Part shown: piece by piece, positions 1-14,442 of the stretch
Numbering within the stretch: the first letter of the stretch is position 1
Layout of the letters: every line of letters starts with the position of its first letter
From: Chiloscyllium plagiosum
Taxonomy: Eukaryota
Length of the DNA stretch: 64,000 nucleotides
NCBI RefSeq assembly: GCF_004010195.1
Contig: NC_057728.1
Span: 49,213,065 to 49,277,064, forward strand
Direction: 5' to 3'
Translations under genes and position numbers: made by a program
Notes under the pieces: generated by a model
The model's input: the letters and a program-made list of their open reading frames with translations, nothing else
What the model was told of the DNA's origin: nothing
Database searches by the model: none

Positions 1-951
1 GGGACGGGCAATAAGTATTTGCCACTCATGCCCACATCCCATGAAAGAATTAGAACAAAAGCAATAGCAGACAAAGCGCTAACAAGAAGTTAGATAGGAC
101 AGTCATTATTACTTCGAGGATGGTGAGCATTAAGTGGAGGCTAGACATGTACAAGAGGGAGAAAGGACTGGAGGGTTAACTGATGGTTGTAGATGAGGAA
201 AGATGAAGGCGGGTCAAATTGAGCATCTGCTTGTTTCTAAGCTGTAGATTTTGTGTAATACTATTTAAGAGCACTGGAGCTGATATTAATTAGGTGTAAT
301 GTGCACTTTAAATCACGAATCGCAACAAACCCTGGCTTGAGTATGCCTTCTTAGTGCATTTGACGAGAATCCAGTCTGCTGTGTATGTGAAAGACTATGG
401 ATATCCAGGCTATGAAGTGGGAGATCATCCAGGTGGATCCCAAAAAGACACATTTCAACAATCTCTCTTAATGAGATTGAGAACTGTGGAGGAATCAATG
501 GGATCTTGGCATCTCGGTACATAAAGCACTATAAGTACAGGTACAACATCTAACCAAAAGTTCAATTGAATGTGACCTAGCTTTCAAGAGGTCTGGAACT
601 AAAGTGGAGGTAGTGTGGTGTCAGTCTGACAGAACCTTGGTCAGAATGAGTTTCGGAGCAGAGTTGGACCATTCGATCACTGTTGATACATTTCTTAACC
701 CCATTCTCTTGCTGCCTTTCTGTAACCTTTGATGCCCTTGCTAATCAAGAACCCCTCTATCTTTCTTAATTTCACCAGTGGTCACAGGATTTGAGCCCAC
801 ATCACCAGTGTATTAGCCTGGACCTTTGAATTATTATGACACTACCAGTATGCTCGCATCTACGCTAAGATGATTTGTTTTTGGAGGGGGCTGAGGGTTA
901 AATTATGGCAAAGTTTCAAAGTCTGGCTTTCTGTTTCTGAGTACACAGACT

Positions 952-1262
952 AGATCAGATTCCGCTACAGTGTGGAAAAAGGCCCTTCAGCCCAACAAGT
1001 CCACACTGACCCTCCAAAGAGTAACCCAATCAGACCCATTTCCTCTGACTAATGCACCTAACACTATGGAACATTTAGCATGGCCAATTCATCTGACCTG
1101 CACATTTTTGGACTGTGGGAGGAAACCGGAGCACCCGGAGGAAACCCACGCAGACATGGGGAGAATGTGCAAACTCCACACAGTCACCCAAGGCTGAAAT
1201 TAAACATGGGTCCCTGGCACTGTGAGGCAGCAGTGCTAACCACTGAGCGACCGTGCCACCCC
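952..1262 (-). mobile_element. HE1-type SINE
   Basis: same head, core and tail as the other copies. Confidence 0.9.
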
Positions 1263-3993
1263 AATTGTGATCTAATTAGGATCTTTTAGATGGTTGAGTT
1301 TGATAGGATAGATGAAGAAATCAGTTCATCTACTGGCAAGTCCAAAACAAGACAAGTTAGTCAGGATTCTTTATATTAAAGGTTCTAAGTCTGGAGTGCT
1401 CTCCTCCCATTTCATTGACAGGCTATGGATATTGAGGATCAATCAGTTGAAGTTTTTAAGTATGGGTTCAATAGATTTTTGCTGTAGATAGATGATTAAA
1501 GGTAGCTAAATGGAGATAAGCGATGAGCTAATTGATTGACAACATGCACAATGGGCTAAATGGTCTCCTCCATTCTCGAGCAATATACAAATTGCTCTCT
1601 GATATCTTCTAGTGTTTCTTTGCTCCCTTTTTTAATTGGATTGTTATCAATCTTTCAACAAATATGCACTAACCCTTCTGCAGTGCTCCCATTGAGCACT
1701 GAAAGGCAGTGTTTATTATCTCTCTCATACCTGTCACTGTTGATCACTGACTGGAACTTTGGTCTGTTAGCTAGCAGAGGAATATTAAATGCTCTTCACT
1801 GGAGACTGGTAGTCCAGTGGTTTCCACAGAGTGGTCAGTCACAGAAATGTAATGAGGTTTGATTAAAAGTGTAATTAGAAAGTTGTAAAGTTTCTGTGTG
1901 GAGATAAATGAAGCTTCTGAATGAACAGGCCGAGGGTGTTAATTAAATTGTGCGACAGATGGTGATTAGTTATTGAAAGCTCTTCTTTGCAGAAGGCAGC
2001 TTAGGCTGTTGGGATTGTGACTTAAATCCATGTGCACATGTTGACCCTTTGCTGATGGAATGCCAGTGAAGGAGTCTTGTGACCATTCAAATGTATTCCC
2101 TTAATTACTGGGGGAGAGGAGGGCAACACAGTTGGAAACCCACTGACTGTTCCAGACATGAAACTTGCACTATATTCAGTATAGGAGATTACTGCATAAT
2201 AGTAATGTCACAAAGCAGCTGGTGATACTTAATGCCAGAATTTTTAAATTAATCTAAAAGCTCATCTCCGCGTCCATGAAACTGTTGGCAATTCCTTTTT
2301 GTTAAAAAGACCCACCTAGTTCGCTAATAATCCTGAATGAAGAAAATCTGCCTTTCCACAGTCTGGCTAACACATGACTCTGGACGCACAGTAATGTGGT
2401 TGAGAATTGATAAGAAAAGGCAGGTTGGTAAAGCTTGTCACCTTGCACTTTTCAGGTGCATGAATTTCAGCGCCAGTGATGTCAGTTGTAGGCTGTACTT
2501 GCTAAAGACTGACTGATCCCATCAATTAGCATGTCCCTTCAGCTGCTCACAATGAGCGAGGTACTGATCATCCCTAATCAGATGGTGCTTGCAAAACTTG
2601 CAACACAAGATCCAACATGAAATGTGATGCTTGTGTAAGGGATGGTTTGTCTGGATAGCACTAAAGCAATACTTTTGACTATTTTGGTACATGTGACAAT
2701 GAATCACATCAAATCAAGTTAAATTGGGCAATATTTGTTGGATGAATGTGTGAAGAATTATACTGATCACCAATTGAAGGTTGCCTGAAGTAGTGTCACT
2801 GGACCTGAATTATTAACTCCTGAGTTCTTTCCACAGATGCTGCCACACTTGCTGAGCTTTTCCAGCAACTATTTTTTTGTTTGTAATTTAAGATTGTCGT
2901 TTGGTCTCAGTGTGGCAGATTTCGGATCTATTAATACACAGACCGAAGTAACATGTTGCACCTGTTTCAACTCAAAATACGTGACAGCCATTCGCTAGTT
3001 TGTTTCTCGGATCGAAGCCCTGACTGACTGGATTTACCTAGTCCAGTTTGAAATTTAAGCAAAGCTTGGCAGTTAAGAGTCAAGCATCATTAACTACTGT
3101 ATTCCCCATGGCAACACCTCTACCAGTTGGAGTTCACTTGACAACCAATCCGTACTGACCTCTCATTCAGTGGTGGTATTGGGATCTCCCTCTGCTGATA
3201 TTCTCTTGAGTTGTTCCAATGAGTGCACAATGAAAATCTTTGGCAAAATGCTTTCATTCAGCAATCCTCGAGCCTTAGCTGCCCTCTGAAATGGCCCTAG
3301 CAAGCCATTCAGTTTATGGGCGATTATGGATGGTCAACAAACACTGACCTTGTTAGTGACGTCCATATTTCAGGACAGAATGAATAAAAATAATCTTTGT
3401 TCTCTCTTCCTTTCACTGGCCCCTTTCCTACTTCAGGTGCCCCAGTTTAAAATCAGTATTTTTTAAAAAAAAAAATATACAACTACTGATTTCTGGATAG
3501 ATTACCTTGAAGGAAAATTGGAACGATTTGCTTTGGTTTCTAATTTGATACTGCACTCTACAAATATTCTGGGTGTTGTTGGCTTGGCCAGCATTAATAG
3601 CCCATCCTTTGTGGCCCTTGAAGTGATGGTGAGCTGCTGTAAACCATGGGGAGTTACTGGTCTCCAGGGAGATTGCCAGGATTTTTACCTGGCAGCACTG
3701 ACTGAGCAGCTGTATATTTCCAAGTCCGGATGATGAGTTGCTTATGGGTGGTAGTGTTTCCCTGTGTCTGCTGGTTATCCTTTTGAGCTGCATTGTGGGT
3801 TTGGAAGGTGCTGTCAAAGACCCTTAATGCATTGCTGCAATGCATCTTGTAGATGATATACATTGTCATTATACATCAGTGATGGAGCGTCTGAATGTTT
3901 GATCTTTTTATATGAAGTCCTCTTTCTCAATGCAAATTATATTAACTGGTCTATATTTGTATTGATAATTCTCTTTATCTTCAATTATTTCAG

Positions 3994-4135
3994 CACTTTA
4001 CAATGAGGAAAGTTCCATGTAAAACTGATGCTCCGTCTGGTTCATTTTTTGCTCGTGACAATACTGCTAATTTCCTTTCGTGGTGCAGAGCAGTTGGTGT
4101 TGACGAGACGTACCTGTTTGAGTCTGAGGGCTTGG
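3994..4135 (+). CDS. GAS2L3: GAS2-like protein 3, internal coding exon (CH domain); earlier exons not found, presumably upstream of the window
   Basis: ttcag|CAC...TTGG|gtaagt; 142 nt, phase 0-1; [47 protein letters not shown] is the GAS2-family CH domain. Confidence 0.93.
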
Positions 4136-6361
4136 GTAAGTAACCAGCTCTTCATGATTCAATCCTAGCAGATGCCCTTCCTGTAAATCTATGCAAAGCT
4201 CTTGTCACTCAGTCTGTAGGTTGACATTGCTTGTCATTAATGATACAACCTTTGTCCCTAGAGTTGTGGAAATGTGGCTGCTTCTTAACTTGGAGTCACT
4301 TGTACCAAACCTCAAAACTGTCAAGAAAATGCAGTAACTATTTGCATGGGAATATTTTATAGGGTTAACCTGAAAGAGCATGTGCAATAACAAATTGGTT
4401 AGGTCTCTAACAACTGGTCTTGGCACAATGTGTCTCATGGCTGCTTGTGCTGCAGGACTGAAGAACAAATTATGTTGTATTTACACAGGCCATTTGGCCT
4501 GTCAGCTTTATACCTGTGCTTGAGCCTGTGTCCACATGACCACCAACTGTTCTATTCATCTCAGCTTATCCTCCTCCTCCTTTCTCCCTCAAGCGTTTCT
4601 AGATTCTCCTTAAGTACATCTAACTTGTTAGATAATAATTCTTCAGGAACAATTTTGGGAAGCATTTAATCACACAGGAAATCTGGAACTCTTATCTGCC
4701 ACAAAACTGCTAAAATGGGAGTACAATTTCCAAGTTGAGATTGCTACATTTTTGTTAAGCATGAGGAAATGCTGCAGGTCTGTGCAGTTGACCCGCAAAT
4801 GACCCGCAATTCACTTGAACGGTGGAGCAAAGTCCTGTACCCATTATTTCACCGAGTGCTGCTGAAATGGATGCAATAATCTCATTGCAGCTTGCAGGAC
4901 CTTGTTGCATGCCATTGTCTTTTATGCAGCATGATTAGCATAGAAAATCATCCCAATGTGAACCACTTGGACAAGCACAAGGAGATGTTGGGCGAGCTGA
5001 AAGTTGCTAGAATTGCTCTTTGACTCAACTGTTTGCCAGCTTACAATCCATTTCCTTGTATCCATTTCAATCTGATTGCACCTCTGTTTTCAGCTCTATA
5101 GGTGCTATGTAAATGCACATTGTTCGTTTTGTCCTTTTAATCTCACTTGACACAGAAGGCCCTCTTGTGCACATGCTCTTGATTGGTTCATTGACTATTG
5201 CTTCCCGCGGTCTTGTTGAATGATTCTATTCACGCATGCCCTTCTAGTGTGACCCGCAATTTCAGATTAAATTCTTTCCCAGGTCAACCCACTGAGTTTT
5301 GTCGTTGAATCAAAAGGCTTAATTGCTCGTGTGGAATGATAGCTTTTAGGCCAATACAATGCTGCAATGTTTGTAGATTGTGGGGGTGTAGAGGCTGTCA
5401 ATCTCTTAAAACAGTCAGGGTTAGTGGATTGGACTGTAAAAGGACAAGCTTAAACTGTCCTTTATTGAGCATGGAAGGTCACTCTTTGTACTGGAGCCTT
5501 GATAAATGGTTCAATGTGTCCCCTCCATTCAGAGTTTTTTTTTTGCCTGAAATGGAGAACAAAGAACAATACTGAAGTTCTGACCAGTGGATGATGACAA
5601 AAAAAAATTAATAAAAATTACATCTGGTCGCAAGTGACAGCTGTACCTCCTCAGTGTTGTGAGGAAACGTGGAAATCGCAGTCTGAGTCTGTCGCTTAGC
5701 CCTTCCATCCTGTTCGAGTGAATCTGTGATGCACTCTATTTCTATCCTTCCTGAGGTGTAGTGCCCAGAACTGACCATAATTTGTCCAGATGGACCCTAA
5801 TTCTCCAATTCTTTAACAGAATTGTGAAAGTGGGGGTGGATCTATGGGAGTATTTTTGGGTCGAGTTCCTGGAATAATCTTACAAACAATAAATGGTGAA
5901 AAAATACTTCACCACATCAAGGAGATGCTACAGTGAGACCCCATTTTGACTGCATAGGCAAATTTGTCATTTGCATAATGTGTTAGACTTTTTGATGACT
6001 GAAGTTTGCATTGAAGTGAACGTGGTGTAACTTTTTTTGTTTGTGCTGTGGATGTGGGTGTTGCTGGCAGGGCCTTTCCCTGTTGCCTGTCCCTAATTCA
6101 CCTGGAGAAAGTAATGGTGAGCTATTTTCATGAACCACTGCAGTCCATGTCGGGTGGGGGTGGGGTGGGGGGCGGAAGGTGGAGTTCCAGGGTTTGACTC
6201 AGCGACTGAACAATTGGTAACATATTTCCAAGTCAGCTGCTGAGTGCCTTGGAGGGGAACTTGCATTTGTTAGTGTTCCCATGTTGATCTGCTGCCTTTG
6301 TCCTCCTCAATGGCAGAGGTCACGGCTTTTGAAGTTAAGGAGCCTCAGTGAGTTTTTGGAG

Positions 6362-6525
6362 TCAGTTCTGGTTGCCCTGCTATAGGAAGATATTATTAAA
6401 TTGGAGAGAGTTCAGAAAAGATTGACGAGGATGTTGCTGGAAATGGAGGGTTTGAGTTCTAAGGAGAGGCTGGGATCTTTTCACTGGAATGTAAGAGGTT
6501 GACAAGTGACTGTAGAGGATGATAA
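6362..6525 (+). mobile_element. CR1 ORF2 fragment
   Basis: cagttctggttgccctgctataggaagatattattaaattggagagagttcagaaaag (QFW.P.YRK..IKLERVQK). Confidence 0.6.
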
Positions 6526-7121
6526 AATGGTTGTGCGGATAAGTGTGGGACCAGTGATGAAGAGATGGTGTCTAAGGGGTGGTAACTCCAACGTTGGATG
6601 GCCTGGTGTAGGTGGTGTTAGTTGACTGGTTCAGGACTCATGGAAGTGGCAGGTATTTGGTACTAGATGATGGTGACGGTTGAAACTTTTCAATGTATTT
6701 TACTGTGTTTGTTTAGAGTACAAGTGACAATATATCATCAGTCTCTTATTTACAGCATGTCTGTATCCTTGCCACCTCTGTCCTTCCTCCAATTGGTGGT
6801 CAATGTGGAGTACTGAGCTGTCAGAGAGGGGCATTTGTGTTCAGTGATCATTGACTCTGCAACAGATCAGTTTTAATTGTATTGAACGGTGAGGCAAGCT
6901 CAAGCAGCCAAGCTGCCTACTCCTGCTCCCAATTTGTATGTTTGTGTGATACTGCACAAAAGGAATCTACCTCGCCTTTAAGCTGATGCCAGCCCTTGGG
7001 TAGAACTAATCTAATCTCTCTCCTTCAGCAAATTACTGCAATTGCTGGAAATTGGAAATAAAAGCTGGGTGCTGGAGAAACTCAGCAGGTCTGGCAGCAT
7101 GATTGGAGAGGAAAACCTCTC

Positions 7122-7392
7122 TAGAATCCCTGCAGTGCAGTAAGAGGCCATTTGAGTCTGCACTGACTTTCTGAACAGCATCCCACCCAGACCCAGGCCC
7201 CCACCATGTCCCCATAACCCCACATTTACTATGGCCAATCCACCTAACCTGCACATCTTTCTCCTGAGAGAAGAAATTGGAACACCTGGCAAATACATAC
7301 AAACTCAAGCCAGACAGTGGTCTGAGGCCAAAATCGACCCCAGGTCCCTGGTGCCGTGAGGCAGCAGTGCTAACCACTGTGCTATCGTGCCC
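7122..7392 (-). mobile_element. HE1-type SINE, nested in a Penelope-derived repeat (~7035-7435)
   Basis: SINE head at 7392; the host repeat resumes at aaacagttgacattt. Confidence 0.8.
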
Positions 7393-8514
7393 AAACAGTT
7401 GACATTTCTGTCCTGTGACCTACCGTTAGAACTCTTACTCCCTTCTCATTCCCCATGACTTGGTAAATGACTTTTTTTTTTGTTTCACTATTATCTAATT
7501 CCCTTTTGAAAGTACTGATGGAATCTGCTTCCCTCAGGCAGCACATTCCAGATTGTAACTCGCTGTATCAAAAAAAACTTTCCACATGTTACATTCGGTT
7601 CTTTTGCATTTGCATCTGCTAGTTATTTAATGTAACCATTTAACGTACACAGATGTATTTCAATGCATATTTCCATTGATTGAGCATTCACTGTTTTCAG
7701 AAAGACATTGTCAATTTTGCATGGTCTGGGACTTATTGTGTATGGTTGTATCGAAGCTAACCCTCCCCTTCTTGCATGAGTCCAGTATGACTCTCCTCTT
7801 CAGAACTACCAGCTCCGACAACTCTATTGAATCTGCCTTCAATTTCCTTTGATTCACGGAAAATGGCACAGCTTCTCCGACCCAATTTTTCGTTAGAATC
7901 CCCCATTACTTCATCCCCACTATCAGCATCCTGGGGGGCATCATGGAACAGAAACCAAACAGGACTCGCTATGCGAATATCATGGCTACTGACGCAGGTC
8001 TGATGCTGGGAATTCTGTGGCAAGTATTTGAACGCGTGGCTCCTCAAAGCCTGTTAACCATTGACAAGACACAAGTCAGGAGTGTGATGGAAAGCTCCCC
8101 ACTGGCCTGGATGGGTGCAGCTCCAACACTATCAAGAAGCTTGACACCATCCAGGACAAAACAGCCCATGATTGGCATGTCTCCCCCCACATCTCTTGAT
8201 CTGGAAATTTATTGTTGTTTCTTCAGTTGCTGGATCAAAATCCTGGAATTCCCTCCCTAACAATATTGGGAATGTCCCAATGCAGCAAGGACTACAGATA
8301 TTCAAGATGACAGCTCACATGTACCTGTTAATACCCACATCTCATGAACAAATTAAAAATAAAATTCTGTAAATGATCTTTGCGTCCTCTAAGACCTTAC
8401 TATCCTTAAGTGTGGTTAAAGCTTGCTGAGCAGATGTAACCATTTAAGTGAGCCCTATGTTTAACGGAATTCTTTTATAATGACCGCATCTGCTTTCTTT
8501 ACCTTTTTTTTCAG

Positions 8515-8578
8515 TTTTGCACAAGCAGCCGAGGCAAGTGTGCCTGTGTCTACTTGAAATTGGGCGAATAGTCTCTCG
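8515..8578 (+). CDS. GAS2L3: GAS2L3 coding exon (end of CH domain)
   Basis: polypyrimidine tcag|TT...TCTCG|gtgagt; 64 nt, phase 1-2; (V)[20 protein letters not shown](R). Confidence 0.93.
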
Positions 8579-8884
8579 GTGAGTGGGATCGGGTTACTTG
8601 TTTACTCATCCCTCTGATTGTCACAACACAGGAACCAGGAAATCCTTCACCGCTGTTCAGTTAAACCACGACTGATCTGCATTTTAGCTCATTTTACCTG
8701 CTTCCTTTCCACCTCTTAATACCTTTGAACACCAATTTATCGATTTTTAAAAAAAAAATTTTCAAGTGACTGCTGGTCATGAGCAAGAAATCTGTAGATT
8801 CCTGGATATTAATGGAGACTTTGAATCCTGGGATTGATTCGGAACATGATATCAAAGTAGGAAATCTGTTATAATCTTATTAAT

Positions 8885-9275
8885 GGATAAACTGGGACTT
8901 TTTTCACTGGAGCGTAGGAGGCTGAGAAAATCTGCGAAGTTTATAAATGAATGAGAGGTATAGATCGAGTTGATGGTAGTTGTCTTTTCCTTAGGATGAG
9001 GGATTTCAAGACTAGGGACACATTTTTAAGAAGAGAGGAGAGAAATTTAAAAAAGACATGAGACAAATTTTTGTACACCAGGTGCTTCATGAATGGAATG
9101 AAGTTTTGAGGAAGTGATGGATGTGGGTACAATTACAACATTTAAAAGACATTCAGATGGATATATGAATGGGAAAGGTTTGTAGGATATGGGCCAGGAC
9201 TAGTTTAGCTTGGAATTATGTTCGGCATGGACTGGTTGGACCAAAGGGTCTCTTTCTGTGCTGTATGACTATGAT
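8885..9275 (+). mobile_element. CR1 3' fragment
   Basis: ctgggactttttTcactggagcgtaggaggctgag...tgctgtatgactatga, CR1 3' end. Confidence 0.65.
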
Positions 9276-9291
9276 AGAATGATGAATTGGT

Positions 9292-9660
9292 GTGGCGTGG
9301 TGGGTCAATGGTTAGTACTGTGCATCTCCGCACCAGGGACCCAGGTTAGATTCCAGCCTCCGGTGACTGTCTCTGTATGGAGTTTTGTACCTCTGCAACT
9401 TGTCTGCATGGTTTCTTCTGGGTGCTCTGGTTTCCTCCCACAGTCCAAAGATTGCAGGTTAGGTGGATTGGCAATGCTAAATTGCTCAGTGTGTTCAGAG
9501 AAATGCAGACTAGGTGGGTTAGCTATGGTAAATGATGGGTTACAGGGGGTAGGTTGGGGGTGGGGGGAGCTGTGGGTCTGGGTGGGATGCTCTTTGGAGG
9601 ATCACTCTGGACTCCATGGGCCAAATGGCCTGCTTCCACATTAGGGGATTGTATGATTCT
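9292..9660 (+). mobile_element. HE1-type SINE (diverged)
   Basis: ggttagtactg..., gggtgctctggtttcctcccacagtccaaaga core. Confidence 0.8.
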
Positions 9661-12621
9661 TTGAAAAAGGTTGAGAGATTGAAACAGCACCATCCTGTGT
9701 TCTCAATCTTTTGGGAAGGGGGTGAATAGTCTGTGGGGTAAGTTCCAGATTTACAATGATCTTTGTGCAAAGCTTTCCACATTTATCCCTTGCTGGCCTG
9801 GCTCTGACTTTAAGATTCTGCCTCCTTGTTCCCTCCACCAAAGGAAGTGATTGATATCAATTTTCTTACTGAATCCCTTCAACATCTTAAACATGTCGAT
9901 TCAGGTAGAGTGGTTACAACTGATGGGGAGTCCATTTTGCCCATTGAATTCATACTGGCTCTCCGTGGGAGTGATTCACCTTGTCAGTCCCCTGCTGCTA
10001 GAGCCACTTAATCTTCTACGCACACAAGAATGTTTGAGCATCTTGTCTTCCTAACTTAATCCACTTAGCCCCAGTGTCATTCAAGAGTTCCACAGGGAGA
10101 TTAGTGTTGTACCCTTAAAGCTCTTGAATCATCTTTGGGATAGAGGTGTCATGGCAAAATTGGCATTTCCCACTTATTGCCCACTGGTAGAGAATCAATG
10201 TGACTGAGGGTATTCTAGGACACATCAAATGGTGGTTAAGTTTCAGCAAGTTGTGTGACTCTGGCCCTCAACATTATAGTTGCAGTCTGGGTAAGGACCC
10301 ATGTTCCCTCCATGGTGTGTTGTCTCAGACAGACAATCAAGGTACTGTGCGAGTCATGTACAAGTACCATTCCACTAAAGATTCATTCATGTTTGGCTGG
10401 TCAGTAATCTTGAAAGGACCACACTGTGCAACAAATAGTAAAGAGAAACCAGAGAGATGGGGGTAGAGAATAAACTGGAACAACCCACATTTTAAAATCC
10501 GAAGTCCTGACTTCACAAAATACTCTGTCCAAGACCGTGTCAAACGTGTCACGGCAGGTGAAAGCTCATGTCTGTTAAGTTGATGCATCATCTAGAGGTG
10601 GATGGTTGTAATGACATTGTGACAAGTTTAGAAATTTGGGACAAGGGAATTCATAATCCAATATTTTTAACATTCACGAGAGTTGTTTATATAGCAATAC
10701 ATAACATCCCAAGGCACTTTAGTCTTCATTCTTTCAGTGAATGAGCAGGTTGTGGGCAATGCAGGCTTTTGTCCTTAATTGTCCCTGAACTGAGGTGACT
10801 TGCTCAGCCATTTTACAAGGCGGTTGAGTCAACCACATTGCTGTGGGTTTGGAGTCACAAGTAGGCCAGACCAAGTGAGGATGACAGATTTCCAACCCAA
10901 AAGAGCACAAATGAACCTGACAATCGGTGTTGGTTTTACAGTCACCGTCACCTGAGACTAGCGTTATACTGTTGTGGCAAAAACAAAAACCAATTTAGAC
11001 CCTCGAAATAAAACAGCGTTTAGACTACTGAAACCACAAAGAAAACTGGGGAAGTAAATTAAAATGTCATTGTTGGGAAAGTTCCTACACCTAGCCCCCT
11101 ATTCCCAACAGCTTTTAATAGCTTGGAATGTCCTGTCAGACAGTGTGTCCCTTTCTGAGGACAGTGAGGCGTGTGCATAAGTGAGAAAGAGGGCAACTCC
11201 GAAATTACCACCCTTCCACACTTAACTTCTAAATGGCCACTATAGCCATGTAGTGGAGTGATTGACATGTCAAAGGTTAGACTGGAGGAGTGCGGCGTTC
11301 TTGCAATGGGGCAGGAGGGAATTAGAGAGTGAGAATGAGTCCATACAAGGATGAGAATTTTAAAATTGAGATGTCAGATTAGGATCCACTGGGAACCAGC
11401 AAGCCCATGGCTGATGGTTAAATGCGACGTTGTGTGAGTCAGGTTACAGGTTGCAGAGTATTTGGATCTGGTGGATTTAATGCATTGACAAAGACCGAAC
11501 TCTCAAAGAAAGTGGTCAGTGCAAGTTCACATAAGCGACTTCTGTTGTGATTTTTGACCTTCCTACCTACACTTGTTAATTTTTTATTCGTGGGATATGG
11601 ACAGCATTTATTGCTCATCCCTAGTGCTCTTCAGAAGGTGGAGGAGGACAGGAGGAACTGTTGCCGTTCATTTGTTGTAGGTAGGCCATAATGCTGTTCT
11701 GGAGGGAGTTCAGAATCTTAATTTAGTAACACTGAAGGGGTGTGGGGGGTGAAGAGTCAGTGCTATTGAATACTAAGTTGAATGTTCTCTTGATGAAGAT
11801 TGTCATTGTCTCATATAAATGTTACTTGCTACTCGTTACCTTAAGGTGGATGTGTCAGGTATGACTTCAACCTGTGGGAGTTTGCTCTCTGATTCCCATT
11901 GACTTCATTTTTGCTTGGGCTCCTTGATGTCATCTCTGTCTAAGGCCTTGATGTGAAGGGCAGTCAATCTCGCCTCCCTTGAATTCTGCCCTCTTACCCA
12001 TGTTTGAACTACAGCTGTAATGCGGTCAGAAGCTGGTCTTGGTGGAGCCCAAACAGATGGCCAGTCAGCAGGTTATTGCTAAGCAAGTTCTGCTTGATAG
12101 TACCGCAGATGACACTTTCCATCACTTCACTAATGATTGAGAGTCATTTACTTTTCGTGTACAGGACATACCTGGACAATTTTTCACATTGTTGGGTAGA
12201 TGCCAGTGCTGTAGCTGTCCTGGAATGGCCTGGCTAGGGGTATGGCTAATTCTAACCCAAAGGTAGGTGCACAAGTCTTAATTTAAGTCTGTTTTAAATT
12301 TGTAATAATACGGGGGATTTGTTGTCACAACCAAAAGGTGCAGTTAAAACTGGCAGCAGGTACGTGTAAGAAAGAACCAGATAAATGCCTGAGCAAACAG
12401 GGACAGAAAGATACGCTGCTGGGGTGCAATAACGTGAGTTGGGAGGAAGCTTGTGTGGTGTAACACTGACGTAAAACAGTTAGGCCGATTGGCCTGCTTC
12501 TTAACTGTAGATTTTGTACAGTTTGATCTCTAAGCCATTTTTGCACAGCGTTTAGAATCTTTGCATTGAAATTTTATTGTCCTGGGCTCCTAGTTTATAT
12601 TGGCTTTATTTGAAATTGCAG

Positions 12622-12760
12622 CTATGGTGTGGAACCTCCTGTTTTAGTAAAACTGGAGAAGGAAATTGAACTTGAGGAAACTCTGTTGACCACCTCTGAA
12701 CATCTAATTCCTGTTGAAAGTACAAAGCCATGTTGTCAGAATAAAGAGCTTCACCAAGCT
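12622..12760 (+). CDS. GAS2L3: GAS2L3 coding exon (CH-GAR linker)
   Basis: tgcag|C...GCT|gtaagt; 139 nt, phase 2-0; YGVEPPVLVKLEKEIELEETLL..., which I recall as GAS2L3-specific rather than GAS2. Confidence 0.93.
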
Positions 12761-12859
12761 GTAAGTTGATCTTAATCTCTATCCACTGTCTGGTTATTTT
12801 AAATAAAATCCAATTTACAAATGTGTGAGAAACTTCATCATTATTACATTACATTGTGT

Positions 12860-13330
12860 CTGCCACACTTTAGGAGGTGGAGGCTTTATAGAGAGTGCAG
12901 AAAAGATTCACAAGAATGGTTCCAGTGATGGGGAACTTCATTGACGTGGATAGATTGCAGAAGTTGGGACTGTTCTCCTTGGAGAGTAAAAGATTGAAAG
13001 GCTATTTGATAGAGGTGCTCAAAATAATGAGGGAGAAAGTGATCCCTCTGGTGGAAGAACTGCAAACCAAGGGGGGACAGATTTAATTGCCAGAAAACTC
13101 AATGGCAAGTTGACGAAGGACCCTATTTTTTGCCAAAGTAAGTGATTAGGATCTGGATTGCATTGCCTGAACATGGTGGAGGCAGATCCAATCAAGGCTT
13201 TTGAAAGGGAATGGGAGGGTTACCCAGAGTGAGTGTGCGCGTAGGGATATGGGGCGAAGGAGTGACACAAAGTAAAATGCTGATTTGGGGAGCCAGCACA
13301 GACACTATGGCTCCCTCTACACTGTAATTC
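12860..13330 (+). mobile_element. old CR1 3' fragment
   Basis: VQKRFTRMVP...LGLFSLE.KRLKG.LIEV.KIM remnant. Confidence 0.7.
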
Positions 13331-13844
13331 TAAAATTTCAGGTTCAGAATGAAGATTTTGTGAAGTTCAGCTAATTGACTAAATTTATTTACTTCCTGAA
13401 AATCTGAGCCGCTCTGAGCAGACTTTCCCCTCCTAATTATGTCGCTGTCTCTTCACCAATATGACATGGAGAGTTAGCATGTCAAGAGGGAAAGGTAATT
13501 TTGATGTGTGGTACCCAAAGCTTTCTCGTAGTTGTGCTTTCCTTGTTATGGCTGTGTCAGTCTTGTCTTAATTGATTATACCATCACAGCGCAGATGAGG
13601 CTATTTGGCCTATCATTTTGTTTTGTGTTAGCTCTTTTGAAAGAATTCTCCAGTTAATCCCACTTCCCTACTCTCTGCTCATGGCTCTAAGTTTTCCCTT
13701 TTTGTTTTGAAGTATTAATCTCACTTTGTTTATTCCTATTCTTTTTGAAATTAACGAATCTGCTTCCAACACCCTTTTAGACAGTGAAATCCAAATCACT
13801 GCAACTCGCTTAATGAAAACAAAACTTCAATTGCTGTGATGGGA

Positions 13845-14152
13845 GATTAGATTACTTACATGTGGAAATAGGCCCTTCGGCCCAACAAGTCCACACCGAC
13901 CCGCCGAAGTGCAAACCACCCATTCCCCTACATTTACCCCTTTACCTAACACTACGGGCAATTTAGCATGGCCAATTCACCTGACCTGCACATCTTTGGA
14001 CTGTGGGAGGAAACTGGAGCACCCGGAGGAACCCACGCAGACATGGGGAGAACGTGCAAACTCCACACAATCAGTCGCCTGAGTCAGGAGTTGAACCCGG
14101 GTCTCTGGTGCTGTGAGGCAGCAGTGCTAACCACTGTGCCACCGTGCCGCCC
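13845..14152 (-). mobile_element. HE1-type SINE (young subfamily)
   Basis: very similar to 34847-35166. Confidence 0.9.
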
Positions 14153-14334
14153 AGTTTGAGCTCCAGTTTCGAAATGATTGTTGCAGGTCTCTGGATTAAT
14201 AGTTAATAATGTGACCACTATGCTAACATACTCCGTAAATATCAGCATATTTGTCGGTCCTTTGAGATTTCTTACTGCAGTAAGTTGTAGTTTTCATTGG
14301 ATCATTGTCAGCAGTCTAATTATTTTCCTTCCAG

Positions 14335-14442
14335 GTAAAGATCATTGCTGCTGATCCTCCATGCAAATGTTCACATCAGTTCTCCATTGAGTTCTTATCC
14401 GAAGGGCGTTATCGGCTGGGAGGGAAGATTCTTTTTATCCGA
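14335..14442 (+). CDS. GAS2L3: GAS2L3 coding exon (GAR domain, first half)
   Basis: ttccag|GTA...CGA|gtgagt; 108 nt, phase 0-0; VKIIAADPPCKCSHQFSIEFLSEGRYRLGGKILFIR. Confidence 0.93.

Noticed and set aside
970..1289. Recurrent ORFs 'WPIHLTCTSLDCGRKPEHPEETHAD' / 'MANSPDLHIFGLWEETGAPGG' (also at 13968, 34874, 54463, 57209)
   Set aside because: Chance translations of the HE1 SINE core, not a gene family.
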